64,000 nucleotides of DNA from Rotaria sp. (Eukaryota). Every line of letters starts with the position of its first letter. Positions within the stretch are counted from its first letter, which is position 1. This document shows positions 25,471 through 38,800 of this stretch, piece by piece. The position numbers were made by a program, and so were the translations under genes. A model generated the notes under the pieces. The model had not been told where the DNA came from. It did no database searches and saw nothing but the letters and a program-made list of their open reading frames with translations. The DNA lies in the NCBI GenBank assembly GCA_905330235.1, contig CAJNUA010000046.1, positions 311,575 through 375,574 of the forward strand, given 5' to 3'.

Positions 25471-26454
25471 GAATATGATATCCATTTCTTTCGAAACTAA
25501 AGCTTTGATGGACAACATTTTAAAATAGAAATCCGTATTTATGACTTTATTGCTATTATATTGCAAAAATAGCGATTTTCTCGGCGATTGAAACAATATC
25601 TTTTCGAAATCATCCATCATTCTTTTTGTAACTTTATTTTGAGTAAAATTAAGAACAAATATATTTGGATAATTATTGAGGTTACGGAGACTTCATACCA
25701 ATGACATATTTCAATTTTTATAGGTTTTTCTGACTTTTCAACTTAATATTCCTCAGTTTCAATACAAAGACATTGTCTGAATATGCTAAAAACAATATTT
25801 CTTATAGGTAACTCGATGAAACTATATCTAATCATGATGAAAAAATGCCACAAAAATTTGCTCAAATTTCAAATGGTCGACATCTTACATATCGTACTTC
25901 ATCTATTCAATATTTATAAGTATTTTGAGTTAACAAGTCATGTAAGCAATGATTAAATTTGTTTGATCATTACTAATAATGTATTTAACTAAATGCATCT
26001 CAAGAATATTTTAGAGAATCGATTGTTCAAATAGTCGTATTAAGATGAAAATATCATCAACATGAAACTCATTATAAGAATTTGATATTAAATTGAATAT
26101 AAAAATAATCTCAAAATTATTTTCTGCATTCATGCAAGTAATATTATCGAAATTAAGCTTGAAACAACAAGTAACAGCTGTTTATCTGGAGTGTCTCATA
26201 TAAATTATATTTTGCGTATAGATATTTTCTTTTAATAAACTAGAATAAACATGCAGAGTGGGTGATATACATATCACTAAAATAAAAAAAACGAGAGATT
26301 TTTGCATCAGTGAAAACAAATCCGTTGATTTTTTTCGTTAGCGGTAGAAATTTATTCAAATCTTTTCTATATAGATAAGATAAGCAAATACTACGGTTAC
26401 GTATTATTGTTGGTAATATGAAAATAAATTTATCTGTTATCAAATAAGAAAAAT

Positions 26455-26975
26455 ACATGTGTAATGTTTCATAAATAATTTTTAGTTGTCGTTTAAGAGA
26501 ATAATGATAAAAAATCAAAACGAACTATATTGATGCACGCAGAATAAATTTTCAGATCTAATTAGTTTAGAAGTCAACGACTACAAAATTTTGAATTTTC
26601 AAACATGAAACACTGAGTTTTGCAATAAAGTTAATGTCCAAAGAATTGTAATGGGGCATTTCACTTCTGCAACACGAATCTCAACATTTAAACTCACTAT
26701 TAGTTTTAAAAACTTGCTTTGCGAGCATCAATATAGTTCGTTTTGATTTCTTATCATTATTCTCTTAGACAATAACTAAAAATAATCCATGAAATGTTTT
26801 ATATGTATTTTTCTTACTTGAAAGTAGTATATATTTCTGCTATTAGAACGAACAAAACCTTGAAATTAATTTTCTTTCACTAATGAAAAAATCAGCCCAT
26901 TCGAGCGAATTGAAGTGAAGATATTTTAATTTATTATTGTAGTGCTATTTATGGTCTACCCTACATTTTAATCTT
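26455..26975. repeat. repeat family R1 copy A (~520 bp) containing a ~310-bp hairpin with ~90-bp arms
   Basis: 26462-26545 pairs with 26715-26800 (gtcgtttaagagaataatgataaaaaatcaaaacgaactatattgatgc / gcatcaatatagttcgttttgatttcttatcattattctcttagac). The 3' part tcagcccattcgagcgaattgaagtgaagatatttt...ggtctaccctacat matches copy B. Confidence 0.65.
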
Positions 26976-27358
26976 CAAAACAAAATAAGCTTTTTTTATG
27001 AACTAAACTTCAGCAGAATATTGATATCATTTTACCATCGGATGCTAAGCAAATATAAAATTCATTTTTTTATCTATCTCAATCGAATTGTAAATATTTT
27101 ATAATAGAATAATTCTCAAGTCTGTAGCTTTGTTTTTTTTAATTTTATCATTTTAAAGAAATAAAAGTAGTATTGCAATTTAAAATAAGGCATAAACCAT
27201 GAAAAAAAGTAATATAGAAGAATACACGTTCTTATGTTTAAATTAACCACTCGATGATACTGCATGACTTGCGATCCATTCCGACAAAGCTTCTGGATTT
27301 CGTGTCTAAAATTTATATATATATATAATTTTCTATCGAATGAAAATATTTTTATTTC

Positions 27359-27737
27359 TTATATTACTTGAATATAAACTGTTCCAGGACCAGTAAATCG
27401 ACAAACAAGTCCTTCACCAGCATGCATTCCACTCATAAGACCACCACCGGTTCTTTCAATTGCATATGGACAATTCCATGCAACTAAATGTCCATTATCA
27501 ACAATCCATTGTTCACCTTGTCTTAAATAACGTTGTACAATAGCGCCAAGAGACGTAACAAAAATAATTCCAACACCTGATACACGATGAACAAAAAGAC
27601 CTTCACCAGAAAACATTGCTTTACCCAATCCTTGAGATTTCGTGTCTTTTACAACACCATGAGTCATAGCTAAGTAACCACCTTTGCCTATATTCCACTG
27701 AGTTTGACCATCTAATTGAATAGGAACGATATCACCC
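27359..27737 (-). CDS. AIM24 / DUF124-family protein, exon 2 of 2
   Basis: Acceptor ttttatag|GGGTGAT. The encoded GDIVPIQLDGQTQWNIGKGGYLAMTHGVVKDT...GTVYIQVI* matches the family pattern (PGDIVPIELDGESW...). Phase is consistent with exon 1. Confidence 0.8.
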
Positions 27738-27921
27738 CTATAAAATAAAATTAAAAAAACGATAGTTCTTATTTTTATTTTATCACAAGAGGCATTAAGA
27801 TATTGAAATATTTTTAACAGACTTTTATTTGTTTTTCATAGTTGAAAAATGTTCACTTAAATTTACTATGAAATTATAATATAGGATACTAGTACTAGTT
27901 AGAAGCTAATGAAAATCTTAC

Positions 27922-28220
27922 CAAATAGGTGGTGCAAGTAAGATTTCTCCAGGACCAGTAAATGTTGACTGAGCCATTTCACCACCTGTCAACATTTTTT
28001 TGAATGAAAATTTGAATTTTCCTTTGAGTGTCACTTCTGGACCCATAGCAACCATAGCTCCTGGTTGTGCATAAAATGGAATATTTGGTTGTAAAGTTAT
28101 TGAAAGAAGTGCATTTGTATCACGATGATCTATTTTGTAATAACCACCATTAAATTGACCTATTACATCTGCTAAACTAGTAACACCCGACGGTTGTGCT
28201 GCTGCTGCTGCTGCTGCCAT
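27922..28220 (-). CDS. AIM24 / DUF124-family protein, exon 1 of 2 (Met start, poly-Ala N-terminus); whole protein ~225 aa
   Basis: MAAAAAAAQPSGVTSLADVIGQFNGGYYKIDHRDTNALLSITLQPNIPFYAQPGAMVAMGPEVTLKGKFKFSFKKMLTGGEMAQSTFTGPGEILLAPPIW. Donor TG|GTAAGA. Intron 27738-27921. Confidence 0.8.
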
Positions 28221-29295
28221 TTGTCAGTATGAAAATGCTTCAGAATGTTTTTTTTTTCTATTTGATATGAAAAGATTAGTAAAATTATAAGCTTTGTATA
28301 TATATACTTAAGAAAAAAAACGCGAGACAACTATGCGTAGAGAAGAAGAAAAAATGAGTTAACTATGTCGGGTATACAAATATATGTGCATCATGAGGGT
28401 CTCTCTCCGTAGGATGAAAGCAATGAAAGAAGGAGAATAAGTGTTATTCATTGAATGACTCAGAAATAAAATGGAAGGAAAAGAAGAAAATACAGACTAA
28501 CATGTGTCGACGTCAGCAAAAAGACAAATAAGAGAGTAGGATGCTATGGAGAATAGATGAATAAATTCATACAATTTTTCTTATTTCTAACAACAATGAT
28601 TGAGAATGCATTTAGGTCATATTTCAATCAAATATTCGATGTACGAAAGCATCTCTTATATGGGTAGTATAATATCGATATTTGAATCAGAATAAGGCCT
28701 TGAAAATATACTACGCATTGACGTTAGATAAAAAGAAAGAAATTATCGATTTTTTTTCATGCGTTTGCATATTTGTCACACCTGTTTTTTTTTAATGTAA
28801 AACATGTTTGATGAATATTTATACATCGTTTACAACGAATATTCTTTGAGTTATTAGAACCAATTTCCACGATTTACATGCCATTCAAAAAATTAATTCG
28901 TGGTTATATTAACTTACAAAGTCATAGATTTTAGATGTCTGTGAAAGCTATTTAACAAAGACAAAAAAGGAGATACAAACTTCAAAAAGTAACAGTGCAA
29001 GTAGTAACTGATGATGATTCGTCATGTAATTACGACGAATTCATTAGTCGTATATGATTAAACTATAGAAAAATTTAAACTAAAAATGACAAAAGTCAAT
29101 TAAGTACAAATGACATGTCGTTTTCAAAAGAACGATAATACATTTAAACACAGACGATCTTCATTCGTGTAGTTATCGTGTTAAAATACAAGCAAATGTA
29201 GCGGTTGATATGAAACAGATAAACACTAAGAAATTTAGTTAATGATTAGATCTTCTTGATTAAAGAATTCAAGCTGATACTTACAGGGTGAATCA

Positions 29296-29360
29296 TAGAT
29301 AGCACTATGGTAAAAAATTGAAAGATCTCTACTTCGATTCGCTCGAATGAGCTGATTTTT
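29296..29360. repeat. inverted fragment of repeat family R1 (reverse complement of the tcagcccattcgagcgaattgaagtgaag segment)
   Basis: agatctctacttcgattcgctcgaatgagctga is the reverse complement of tcagcccattcgagcgaattgaagtgaagat. Confidence 0.5.
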
Positions 29361-29489
29361 TTGGTGAGTGATAAAAAATCTTTTTAAGTTCTTTTTTCAG
29401 ACGGATAATAGAAATAAAATACAACTGTCCAGTTACATTTTGGGTCTCACTAACAAAACTTCATTTATTATCAAATTAAAAAAAAATCA

Positions 29490-30065
29490 TATGAAATGTT
29501 TCATACATTTTTTTCAGTTGTTATTTAAGAGAATAATAATACGAAATCAAAACGAATTATATTGATGCACATAGAACAAGTTTTCAAAGCTAGTAGTCAA
29601 TTAAAATGTTGAAATTCGAGTCCCATAAGTAAAATACCCGATTGAAGTTTTTTTAACACAAACTTCTTGTAAAGATCAGTATTCAACGTTCGAAAATTCA
29701 AAATTTTGTAACTCTTGACCTTTAAACAAACTGGTTTCTAAAAAATTGCACTACGTGCATCAATATAGTATCATTCATAAATTTCATTTTGATTTCTTAT
29801 TATGACTCTCTTATATAACAACCGAAAATTATCCATGAAACGCTTTATAATTATTTTTCGTACTTGACAATAGGTAAAATTTCTTTAATGAGACTAACCA
29901 GATAACTTGACAGTTATATTTGTTTCTATTATTCGTATGAAAAAAAAACTAAATAATCCTTTTACACTAAACAAAAAAATTAGCTTATTTGAGCGATTCG
30001 AAATGAAGATATTTCGACTTTTTATCGTAGTGTTGTTTACAGTCTACCATGTATATAAAATAGCC
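29490..30065. repeat. repeat family R1 copy B (~575 bp) with internal hairpin, same orientation as copy A
   Basis: ttgttatttaagagaataataatacgaaatcaaaacgaattatattgatgcac...gtgcatcaatatagtatcattc. The 3' part ttagcttatttgagcgattcgaaatgaagatatttcg...agtctaccatgtatat aligns with copy A. Confidence 0.65.
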
Positions 30066-30662
30066 CTTATTGTGATGATAAATGGTTATCAATGTCTTTT
30101 CTCCTATGTATTTTATCCCTTCTCTTCTATGTATGAACTATTGACCGTTTCTTTGAGTATGATTCGCATTGTTTCGTCTTTTCATTTGATGCGAATAATA
30201 CCTTTTTAGTTCTACCGTGATTTTTTCACATTGTCATTATTCATTCGATGTTATCGATCTGTTGAAACTACATGATGACCTATGCATGTATCTTTAGTAT
30301 GGGTTCTCTCAACAAGAAAAGAAAAGCGTTCCTCTAATTTATAAATACGATATGTTATTCTTTTCTTGATTCATAATAGAGATGTTTATGTTTGAAAAAT
30401 AAAAAGCTTTTTAAAATTTTTTTACAAAAAGAAGTTTGAATAACAATAACATACTTTCCTTGCTTCAAAATCATTAGCATGCAAGTTCTATGAGATAGTA
30501 ACAATAGAAAAAGAAAGAAGAGATTCTTGTTGATTCAATGAGACTTAATTACATAAGTATTAGGAAAGATGTAAAGAAGTTTTATTTATTCTTTTTTCTG
30601 CTTCTTTTTTATTTCAAACATATATCTGACCCCACTCTTACTGGAAAAATGTCCGCACATAC

Positions 30663-30680
30663 ATATATATATATATATAT
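30663..30680. repeat. (TA)9 microsatellite
   Basis: atatatatatatatatat read directly. Confidence 0.9.
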
Positions 30681-33600
30681 TCTTCTATCCAGGGAAAACA
30701 TGTACATATACATATAGCGGTGGATGACTAGATATCATAGAACAAAGAAAAGGTATATCTAGTCATCAAAAGAAATATAATCAGTTACAAATGATATAGC
30801 TATAAGAAAAGAAAAACGAAAGAAAACAAAAGAGACCTAGATAAATGAAATAGAGTGGAAACGATGTGAAGGGCGAGCCCGTAACAATAAGTTAGGATTG
30901 CAGCAAGATGAAACGATTGTTTCGTATTCATCTGACAATAATTTACAATCATTCTCACCCTTTATACAAGCATAAACATAATTTGATAGCTGAGTAAATA
31001 GATTTGTGTAAAATGTATTCGATATTGATATCAAAATCTGACAAAATAAATACATAGCATACGGCGTTCAAAAGCTATAACTGTGACTTGATTGACATCT
31101 CGAATTTTATTATTATTATAAGACTCGTCATAACTATCACTGTATTGACATGTCTATATTGAGAAATTTATAAAAGATGATAAATGAAATTTTCATTGCT
31201 TTTTATCTTATATAACTTACTCACAAAAAAAAAACAAAAGCAAAAATAAATAATTTTATACTCGAAAAGTAAACAGTAAACTATTAGAAAAAAACTTATT
31301 TCTTTTTTTGTAGATAAAAAGACAAATATATTCTTTTGCGCATATTTGGTTGTTATCTCATTCTTTTTCTCTTGTGTTAAAGTAGAAAAGAAACTTGTTG
31401 GATAGTATATGATCAAGTTCTAGAAAAAAAAAGCTGTTACTACAATATATATGTGATTAAGATATGCAACATAATATAGTTGCTGTTGCTAATCACACGA
31501 AGATTCTCTTATTCAATCTATTTTCGAACACATTTCTTCGCTATCTGCTTACTTAATTTTGGAGAAATACAGTAAAAAAGTAGTTCAGATATCATAATGA
31601 AACGCTATTGATATATGGCCAGTAATCGTATATTAACAACTTATATTACGACCTGTGACAAAGGAGAGACGTTGCTAAGGATGTCTGTCATGTCTGTGGC
31701 GAGAATGAGTTCAAATTTCTACCTCTAAACTTCAACCCTTTTACATCATGTTTTACAAAGAGCCTATAACACGTATTACTTTTCTTATTAACTGTTTCCA
31801 TCTGATATCAAAGCTCATCATTATCTAATTAAATACGAGGTAAGTTATAATAGATTTTATTTTTTTATCATCATCATTTTTCCAAAAATTTTCACATACA
31901 AACTCTCACGACAATATATAATCGGTTTGAATAATAATTTTAAAAAATCATACAAAAACGGTTTTAATCAAAACCTAGTGTTTGTGTTTCTAAAACGGAC
32001 AATAGATGAGCATGAGTATACTAATGATATCAAAAACAACGAAGGGTTGTTGTCTGACCGATGATACACCATTGTATAAGTCTGAATTGCAACAACATGT
32101 CGTGATATTTCCTCAAAATCGGGTGCATTCAATGTCATACATTTGTTATCAACCACTTCGTATTCACTGATATCAACGGCATCTCGACTAATGACACTTA
32201 CATCGGTTTTGATTTTCTTTGAAAAATATAGTTAGTCTTGTTAAAAATGTTAGAGAATACGTAATTTTTATCGTTGGCTAGATTGTACCGTGACTTTTCA
32301 TGCATCTGCAGCTTGTCTTGCATTAAAAGGATCATTACAATCTGGTTTACTTACTAAGAATATTACATTGATGCATTGATAGGCTTCAGTAGACCAGATA
32401 ACTATAAGAATTTTATCCTCGAATAATTGTTCAATGTATATTCTATGTTTAAAACTTATTAAGTGAACAAACGAGAGCGACCAGAATTAATTTCAGGAGT
32501 GAATACTTGTTGAAGTATTGTTATTTATCGTCAAGCACAGCTGAAATGGGTAATAACATGGATTAAATGCTGTCGTTACTCTTGTATATATATTCATCAT
32601 GGAGACGTAATAAAAGTAATTATGTGTTATCTCATCTTGCAACACAGTTGTGCAATATTCTTAGTTTGAAAAAAACTTCTATTTTTACATGAATGATGGT
32701 CGTTTTCGGTTGGTTCTGTTTGTTAACTGCTATCGTTTTTCTGTTCATATGAAAAGAACTTCTGGAAATTGATGAAATATTGAAGAGTCATAATAGACCA
32801 GTGCTGTGCAATGACGTTGAGTTTTCGTTAGATGAAGTTTATCGTATTTACGCCACTAAAAAAATGGGAGGATCATTCATTTAAAAAGTAATTTGAAAAT
32901 GTTTTTAATGAATATATTACAAGATATGCCTTCAATCTTTTATTATTTTGTTTTGCTTGTTTTTGATGCAGTAGTAGTTCTATGAGATGATGAGAATTGG
33001 GAATCTTCGTATCACCCAAAAACTGACGCGTATATCCTCAAAATAGCTGGTTTTTCGAATATTCTATATGCAGTTAACGGAGTATAAGTGTAAATGCATT
33101 CAAAATAATGCTGTTTGAAGTCCTTTGTCTTCTCTATTAGACTCTTAGTTGTGATATAATCGATTAAATCTCAGAATTGGTTAAAAATGCCTACTTATTA
33201 TCAAAGGATAAAGGCGTTGGATTTCTATCACTTAAAAGACACATTTTTGAAGCAAAACATTCTTAATTTGCTTTATTTGTTAACATGTTTTATCGTGTCT
33301 AGAAAACAAATGAAAAAAAAAGTAAAATTTAACGGACTTGTACAGTTTCAAAAAGGGGTTTTTTTCCAGAAGCCTTCTCTTTATTACTCATTTTATTTTA
33401 TTAGATATCAATAGATCTTCGTTATTAAGTATTCACAACCAATATTCGGATCAATTCGAATAATTCAATGCAGTAGCATATCGGAGAGATAAGCCGCACA
33501 CTATTCTGTTACCAAGATGCCAAAAAACGACGAATTTGTCAAGCTGAAATTTTCAATTCAATTACAGTCACAGACATAAATTCTAATACCTAAGGTTTCC

Positions 33601-34004
33601 ATTGGCAACCAAGGTCGATCAGTCATACTCATCAATCGCCATACGATTAGCATTATTTGATGACGATGTAGTTTATACGTTTTGCGAGAATGTTTTCGTC
33701 CAAGATGTAGACTACTATTACTATTTCTGTATAACAAAAAGATTGTATTATTCACCTATGATAACATATTAAAGCAGGAGTGTCTGTTTTGAAAAAGTTG
33801 TCCGAATTCATTGAAGTTTGGGTAGCTTGTAGAAGTAAATAAGATACATGCATCATAAAATTTTCAGTTTGATATGCTTTATTGAAGAAAAGTTATAATG
33901 AAAATATGTCTGTATGAAATTGATGCAGATATAGAATAAATTTTGTTTAGTACTATTTTCATAAGATTCATCGGCTTTTTAGATTTCAAAGTATGACAAA
34001 AATT

Positions 34005-34063
34005 GGGTGTGGATGTGGGCATCAAATCAAGTATATGTCAAAAAAACACTCACACACCCACGC
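34005..34063. repeat. interstitial telomere-like repeat gggtgtggatgtgggcat followed by C-strand copy cactcacacacccacgc
   Basis: Same G-then-C architecture and the same ttgggtgtgg.tgtgggcat junction as the 12683 locus. Confidence 0.6.
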
Positions 34064-35052
34064 TTAAATTCTCGCTTTGAACGTGCAATTATCTGTTCTC
34101 ACTTATTTTCTCTCTGTCTTTTGCCAAACGATAATATTGCGGTCATACTCATCCTCATCCAGGTGCTCTTGCATCATGTTCATCTTGGTCAAAGTTTTGG
34201 ACTACACATCAATGAAAATATGTAAACATCGGTGATTCTTGAAAAAAAAATCAATGATAATCTGTGAACATAAAGTCTCTACTTCGGTGAATATTGACTT
34301 TTCAGAAAGCATCGATTGAAATATGTGGAATCACTCTGTAGTCATGTGCGATCATCAATGATTTTGAGAAAGCATGCGTTTTTATTGATGAAAACAACAT
34401 TGCACCTGAAATAAAATATGTTTTTGTTTTATGTAATCCACTCAGAGAGTCGTCGAAAGCAGTAATTTTGTTTTTCTAACGAGTGATTCTTGATAACAAA
34501 ATCTAAAAAACAAAACTTGCTTTACATTTTAAACAGTTTGTTTCTACAGTAAGAGGTCTAGGCATGAAATATTATGTCGACAAGTGAATAGTTTTGAAAT
34601 TTGCTTACACAATCGGTATAAAATGCTTTCAGAGAATACAACTGACCAAATCAATTCCGAATCGTACTACTTGTTCTTAGCTCCATAGATGAGAAGCCAC
34701 AGCACTTGATGATAAAGACATTTTGAAAAAATTATTGTGGACTGAAGGCACCTTTCATCACGCCACTTTCAAGCTCGATCAAAAGAGTCCTGACATCTGA
34801 AGTTGATTAATTCGAATGCATGACTTTTTTTATTCGTTCTTTCAACCTGCATCCCTCAAGTCATTATATCGGTGTATTATGTAAATATACCGCCTATTTT
34901 TTCATTAATGTTTTGATCATCGACTAGAAGAGCATGTTTGCATTTTATTCCAGTGTTATTCAGATTATATTTTTGCACGTAGAGGACAAATGATTGCTCA
35001 TGATGTATAAAAATGAAATCGGTGTTTGTAGAAGGCAACATTTCATTCCTCG

Positions 35053-35835
35053 TTGGTATTCATCATCATGGTATCAATGAATGTGTTTCTAGTACTTCTT
35101 ATCGTCACTAAGCTTCACTCGTTTGTATTGCGGTCTGATCAAAATATTCTATCTCAAAACGGAAAATCTCAATCACCTATCTCTGTCGATCTATCTCAAA
35201 CGAAGTATGGTTTATATCCACCATTTCTCTTTTCTACAGGTTATCGTCGACCCACAGTGTTTCAAGTGTTCAATCGTAATGGTGAAACAATTTCGATTAC
35301 CCCCATCCTCGTAGATTCGACAACTCTGGTAGTTAGTGGTGGTTGTCTGTCAGGTATATTTACATTCCAAAGTGCCCATCTTCATTGGCCAATGTCAGAA
35401 CATAGATTCACAAAAAAAAATTATGTAGCCGAAGCTCATTTTATTCATAAAAACTTGAATACAAATGAGACAGCTGTTTTTGCTTATTTCTTTACATTAG
35501 CCGATTCTCAGTCACAAGAGAATGATGACGAGTTGAACAGTTGGGAATTCGTTATACAAAGGTTTACTAACAATACTAATATGACGATCGTAGATGGACT
35601 ATCATCATTTATGAAAGGAAACACAAATCAATTCATTCACTATACAGGCAGTTTGACAACAGAACCTTTTACCGAAGGTATCATTTGGATACTTGTCTCA
35701 AGTGCCATGAAATTGAGCGACACTTCGCTCAATCGTCTTCGCACAAATGTTGTCGCAAGCAATTATCGACTGATCCAACCTGCCAATGATCGCCTTGTTC
35801 GCCGGAGCTTTCTTTCAACTTCATGGAACACATAA
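35053..35835 (+). CDS. alpha-carbonic anhydrase, secreted (signal peptide), intronless, 260 aa
   Basis: SQSPISV (QSPIDI motif). AHLHW holds zinc His94/His96 equivalents; SEHRFTKKNYVAEAHFIHKN holds the His119 equivalent; YTGSLTTEPFTEGIIWILV is the Thr199-loop motif. Hydrophobic N-terminus MVFIIMVSMNVFLVLLIVT. Confidence 0.8.
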   Translation: MVFIIMVSMNVFLVLLIVTKLHSFVLRSDQNILSQNGKSQSPISVDLSQTKYGLYPPFLFSTGYRRPTVFQVFNRNGETISITPILVDSTTLVVSGGCLSGIFTFQSAHLHWPMSEHRFTKKNYVAEAHFIHKNLNTNETAVFAYFFTLADSQSQENDDELNSWEFVIQRFTNNTNMTIVDGLSSFMKGNTNQFIHYTGSLTTEPFTEGIIWILVSSAMKLSDTSLNRLRTNVVASNYRLIQPANDRLVRRSFLSTSWNT

Positions 35836-38800
35836 TAGAAAATTTCTTTATTAGTTTAAATTTATGTCACTTACAGTAACGATTAAAAATAAAAGGAGCT
35901 GACAAAGCATTATAAAAACATACAAAAAAAGTGATCTAAAAATATGTTTGAGATAAAAATATAAATGTCTCCACTCTGCTTGAAAGTATTGGACTGATTT
36001 TTTTATAAGTGATACAGAAGTCCATAAAGTTGTTTTTCATTAGATAACCATTAATGAACACTGGTTTCAATTGACGACATTCACTTTAATACAATGGTAT
36101 AACATTGTAGAGTGTAGGTATATTGACGTATATGGCTTTGGCTGTGAAGGTCATAAGTTTACCTACATTCATCTGCCTCGCCTGTACCCATACCATAAAC
36201 TGATATAATATTTCGAAGCTTGCTTTGTAATATACTCAGATCAGTCAAACAACGGCGACTAGTATTAGAGCATGTCTGTCAAAGAAAATACAAACGAATT
36301 TGTGCTATTCGTTGAAGGTGATAGGTAAAGGAGACAGTGAAGAAAATCTAATACGTGTTGTTTAAAAAACGGTTCACAGGTAGATAGGATAGAGAGCTGC
36401 CGCACACAAGTATTGACTAGATGTTTGATTGGAAATTACAGTGATATTCGAAATGGATACACAAATGAGTGTGACATTGCCAATTAATAAGAACTGGAAA
36501 GGATTAATTTGTACATGGACAGCAAAAGACCGTGAGGTACTAGTGTATGGGTTTGAAAATCAATGTAGCAGAAGAATAAATTGAAATTATTTTCGTGCAC
36601 TAGTGGTTTACTATTCGTGATGGGAAAGAAAAAGGCTCGAGTCTCCGAACAATGCTCTTGCAAATTGAGGACTTCTCATTTATGAATATGTGTTTGTTGT
36701 TTGCTTGGTGGATATAAATACATTTTATAACGGCGTTTTTTTTGCTGGCTCTAGTCGTTCAATTCGTTGATTGAGTATTGAATACACTATCGACAACAGA
36801 GAAGTGTGTCGTTTTACGCTTGACTTTTTTTTTGTTCACTAGAGGACCGCTCTCGTATCTAAATCTGCTCCGCTAAAAACACGGAAGTCGATCAAAAGTT
36901 GGTATTTCTAGTACGCAGTTCATATTTGGAAAACCTTTTCTAGATAGTAGAAAGCTGTTGCTCTCAAATCATCTATATGCTAGGCTATTTTGGTTTTGCT
37001 TCGTTATTTTCAAGAGTAGATGTGAGAGTATCAATTGTGAATGTAAGATCCTAATAACGTGATATAAATAAGTCTCATCAACATAAACGATATTTTTTTT
37101 GTATTGACAAACATACCTTAAGGATCTGTATCAATCGTATTGTTATCGGCGACGGTTATAGCATTTGAATTTCATATAATACATTAACGAAATTTAGATT
37201 GATTAAAACATAGATATATAACGTAGGAATCTATCAGTTATAGTCAGATTTTTCAATAGCGGAGATAAATTGATATTGTTTATTAAATGTGAAAATAATT
37301 TACCGAACTTCAGGTGATCTGTCAAATTATCATATAAATAAAATAAGATCTTTCAATCATTGTTAGTTGGAAAATGAAATTATTTTTCAAAACTCTATAT
37401 TAAAAATAATATGAAAGTCATATTGATGAACTATTGAAAGAAAAAAGTACATACGATTGAGAAATGAGACACATATCTAAGTTCATTTTGATGATTCCAA
37501 ACATTTATAAATGAAAATTTCAGATTACATATAAGCCTAATAAATGGATGTTGAAATAACGAATCAGATAATATTTGACAAACTACAAAAAGAAAATTAT
37601 TGAAAGTTCATCCGTTGTTGGATTGATCAAAATCTGAACAATCATCGAAAAATACAACACACTGATTGAAGGCATCTTGCTTATCAAAAACTAGAGAAGT
37701 TTTCATATAATTTTTAATCAATCTTCATCGATCATCAAGAAAAACAACATCGACATATTTCTGGCAACTACTTTTTCTACGACAAAGCTCATTGAAAGTT
37801 ATTTTTGTCTTCTGTATAGAGAAACGATGTATTGGTTGAACAAATTTGCTTTTTAAATGCGACTGTTTGCATTTGAAAATATCATATTATTCTTCTCATA
37901 ACTTTTACTTCATTTGATAAACTGTACTTATCTGAAAAAATAAATTTAACTCATTATTATCTTATTTTAACGAAAAATTCGCATTACTAAAAGATATCAG
38001 CTATTGTTTATTAACGTTTAAAATTTTGAACTCTTGTCAGATGTTTGATCTAATATATTTGTTAATCTCTAAGACATTTGCTTTATAAACATTCATGGAT
38101 TCTCTATCTCTGAGTAGATTGATATTTACTTTTATGTCACGAGTGTTCTATACAATATGCCGAAGAAAAAGTGTATATTTACTTTTAAATAACAACATCA
38201 AAAGAAAAAAAAATTGATGATCGATCAAGAGATAATGGTGATAGGAAAAATCAATACATGATTCAAATTTATTTACTCAGTTGTTTCTTGTGAAATTGCT
38301 TCATAAGAAACAAAAAAAAACATCTGATTTGTCGTTCGATCGAAGTTATCCCAAGTATACGTCATTCTATGATGGATATCAAATTTTTCAATAGAAAGTT
38401 AACCTTGACATGTTGCCACTTTTCGTTGGTCAAGTAGCAACTAGATATAATATAAAATGTCAAGTGTCATTTCCAAAACAAAAAACAAAGATCATGATCA
38501 ACAGTCAATCTATTTCCTTAAGTTGATCGAAAATAGCCAATTAACAAGTGATTTTATATTGTCAGAAGTAGTCCGAATGATATTTGATGAAAGTCTTAAC
38601 ATATTTGCACCGAGAAAGTTTTTTTCGAAATAAAAGTTGACAATTTTTGTTAGCATTGCATTTGCAACCATTCTATCATTTTGAGCTTGTGAATACATTT
38701 TCATCTTTTATTTTACAAAAACAAACATTGTTTATGCATTCTTTTCGATTACAAGAAATGTTCACTATTATAAGTGAACACATATTTGCGTATCGTTAAA

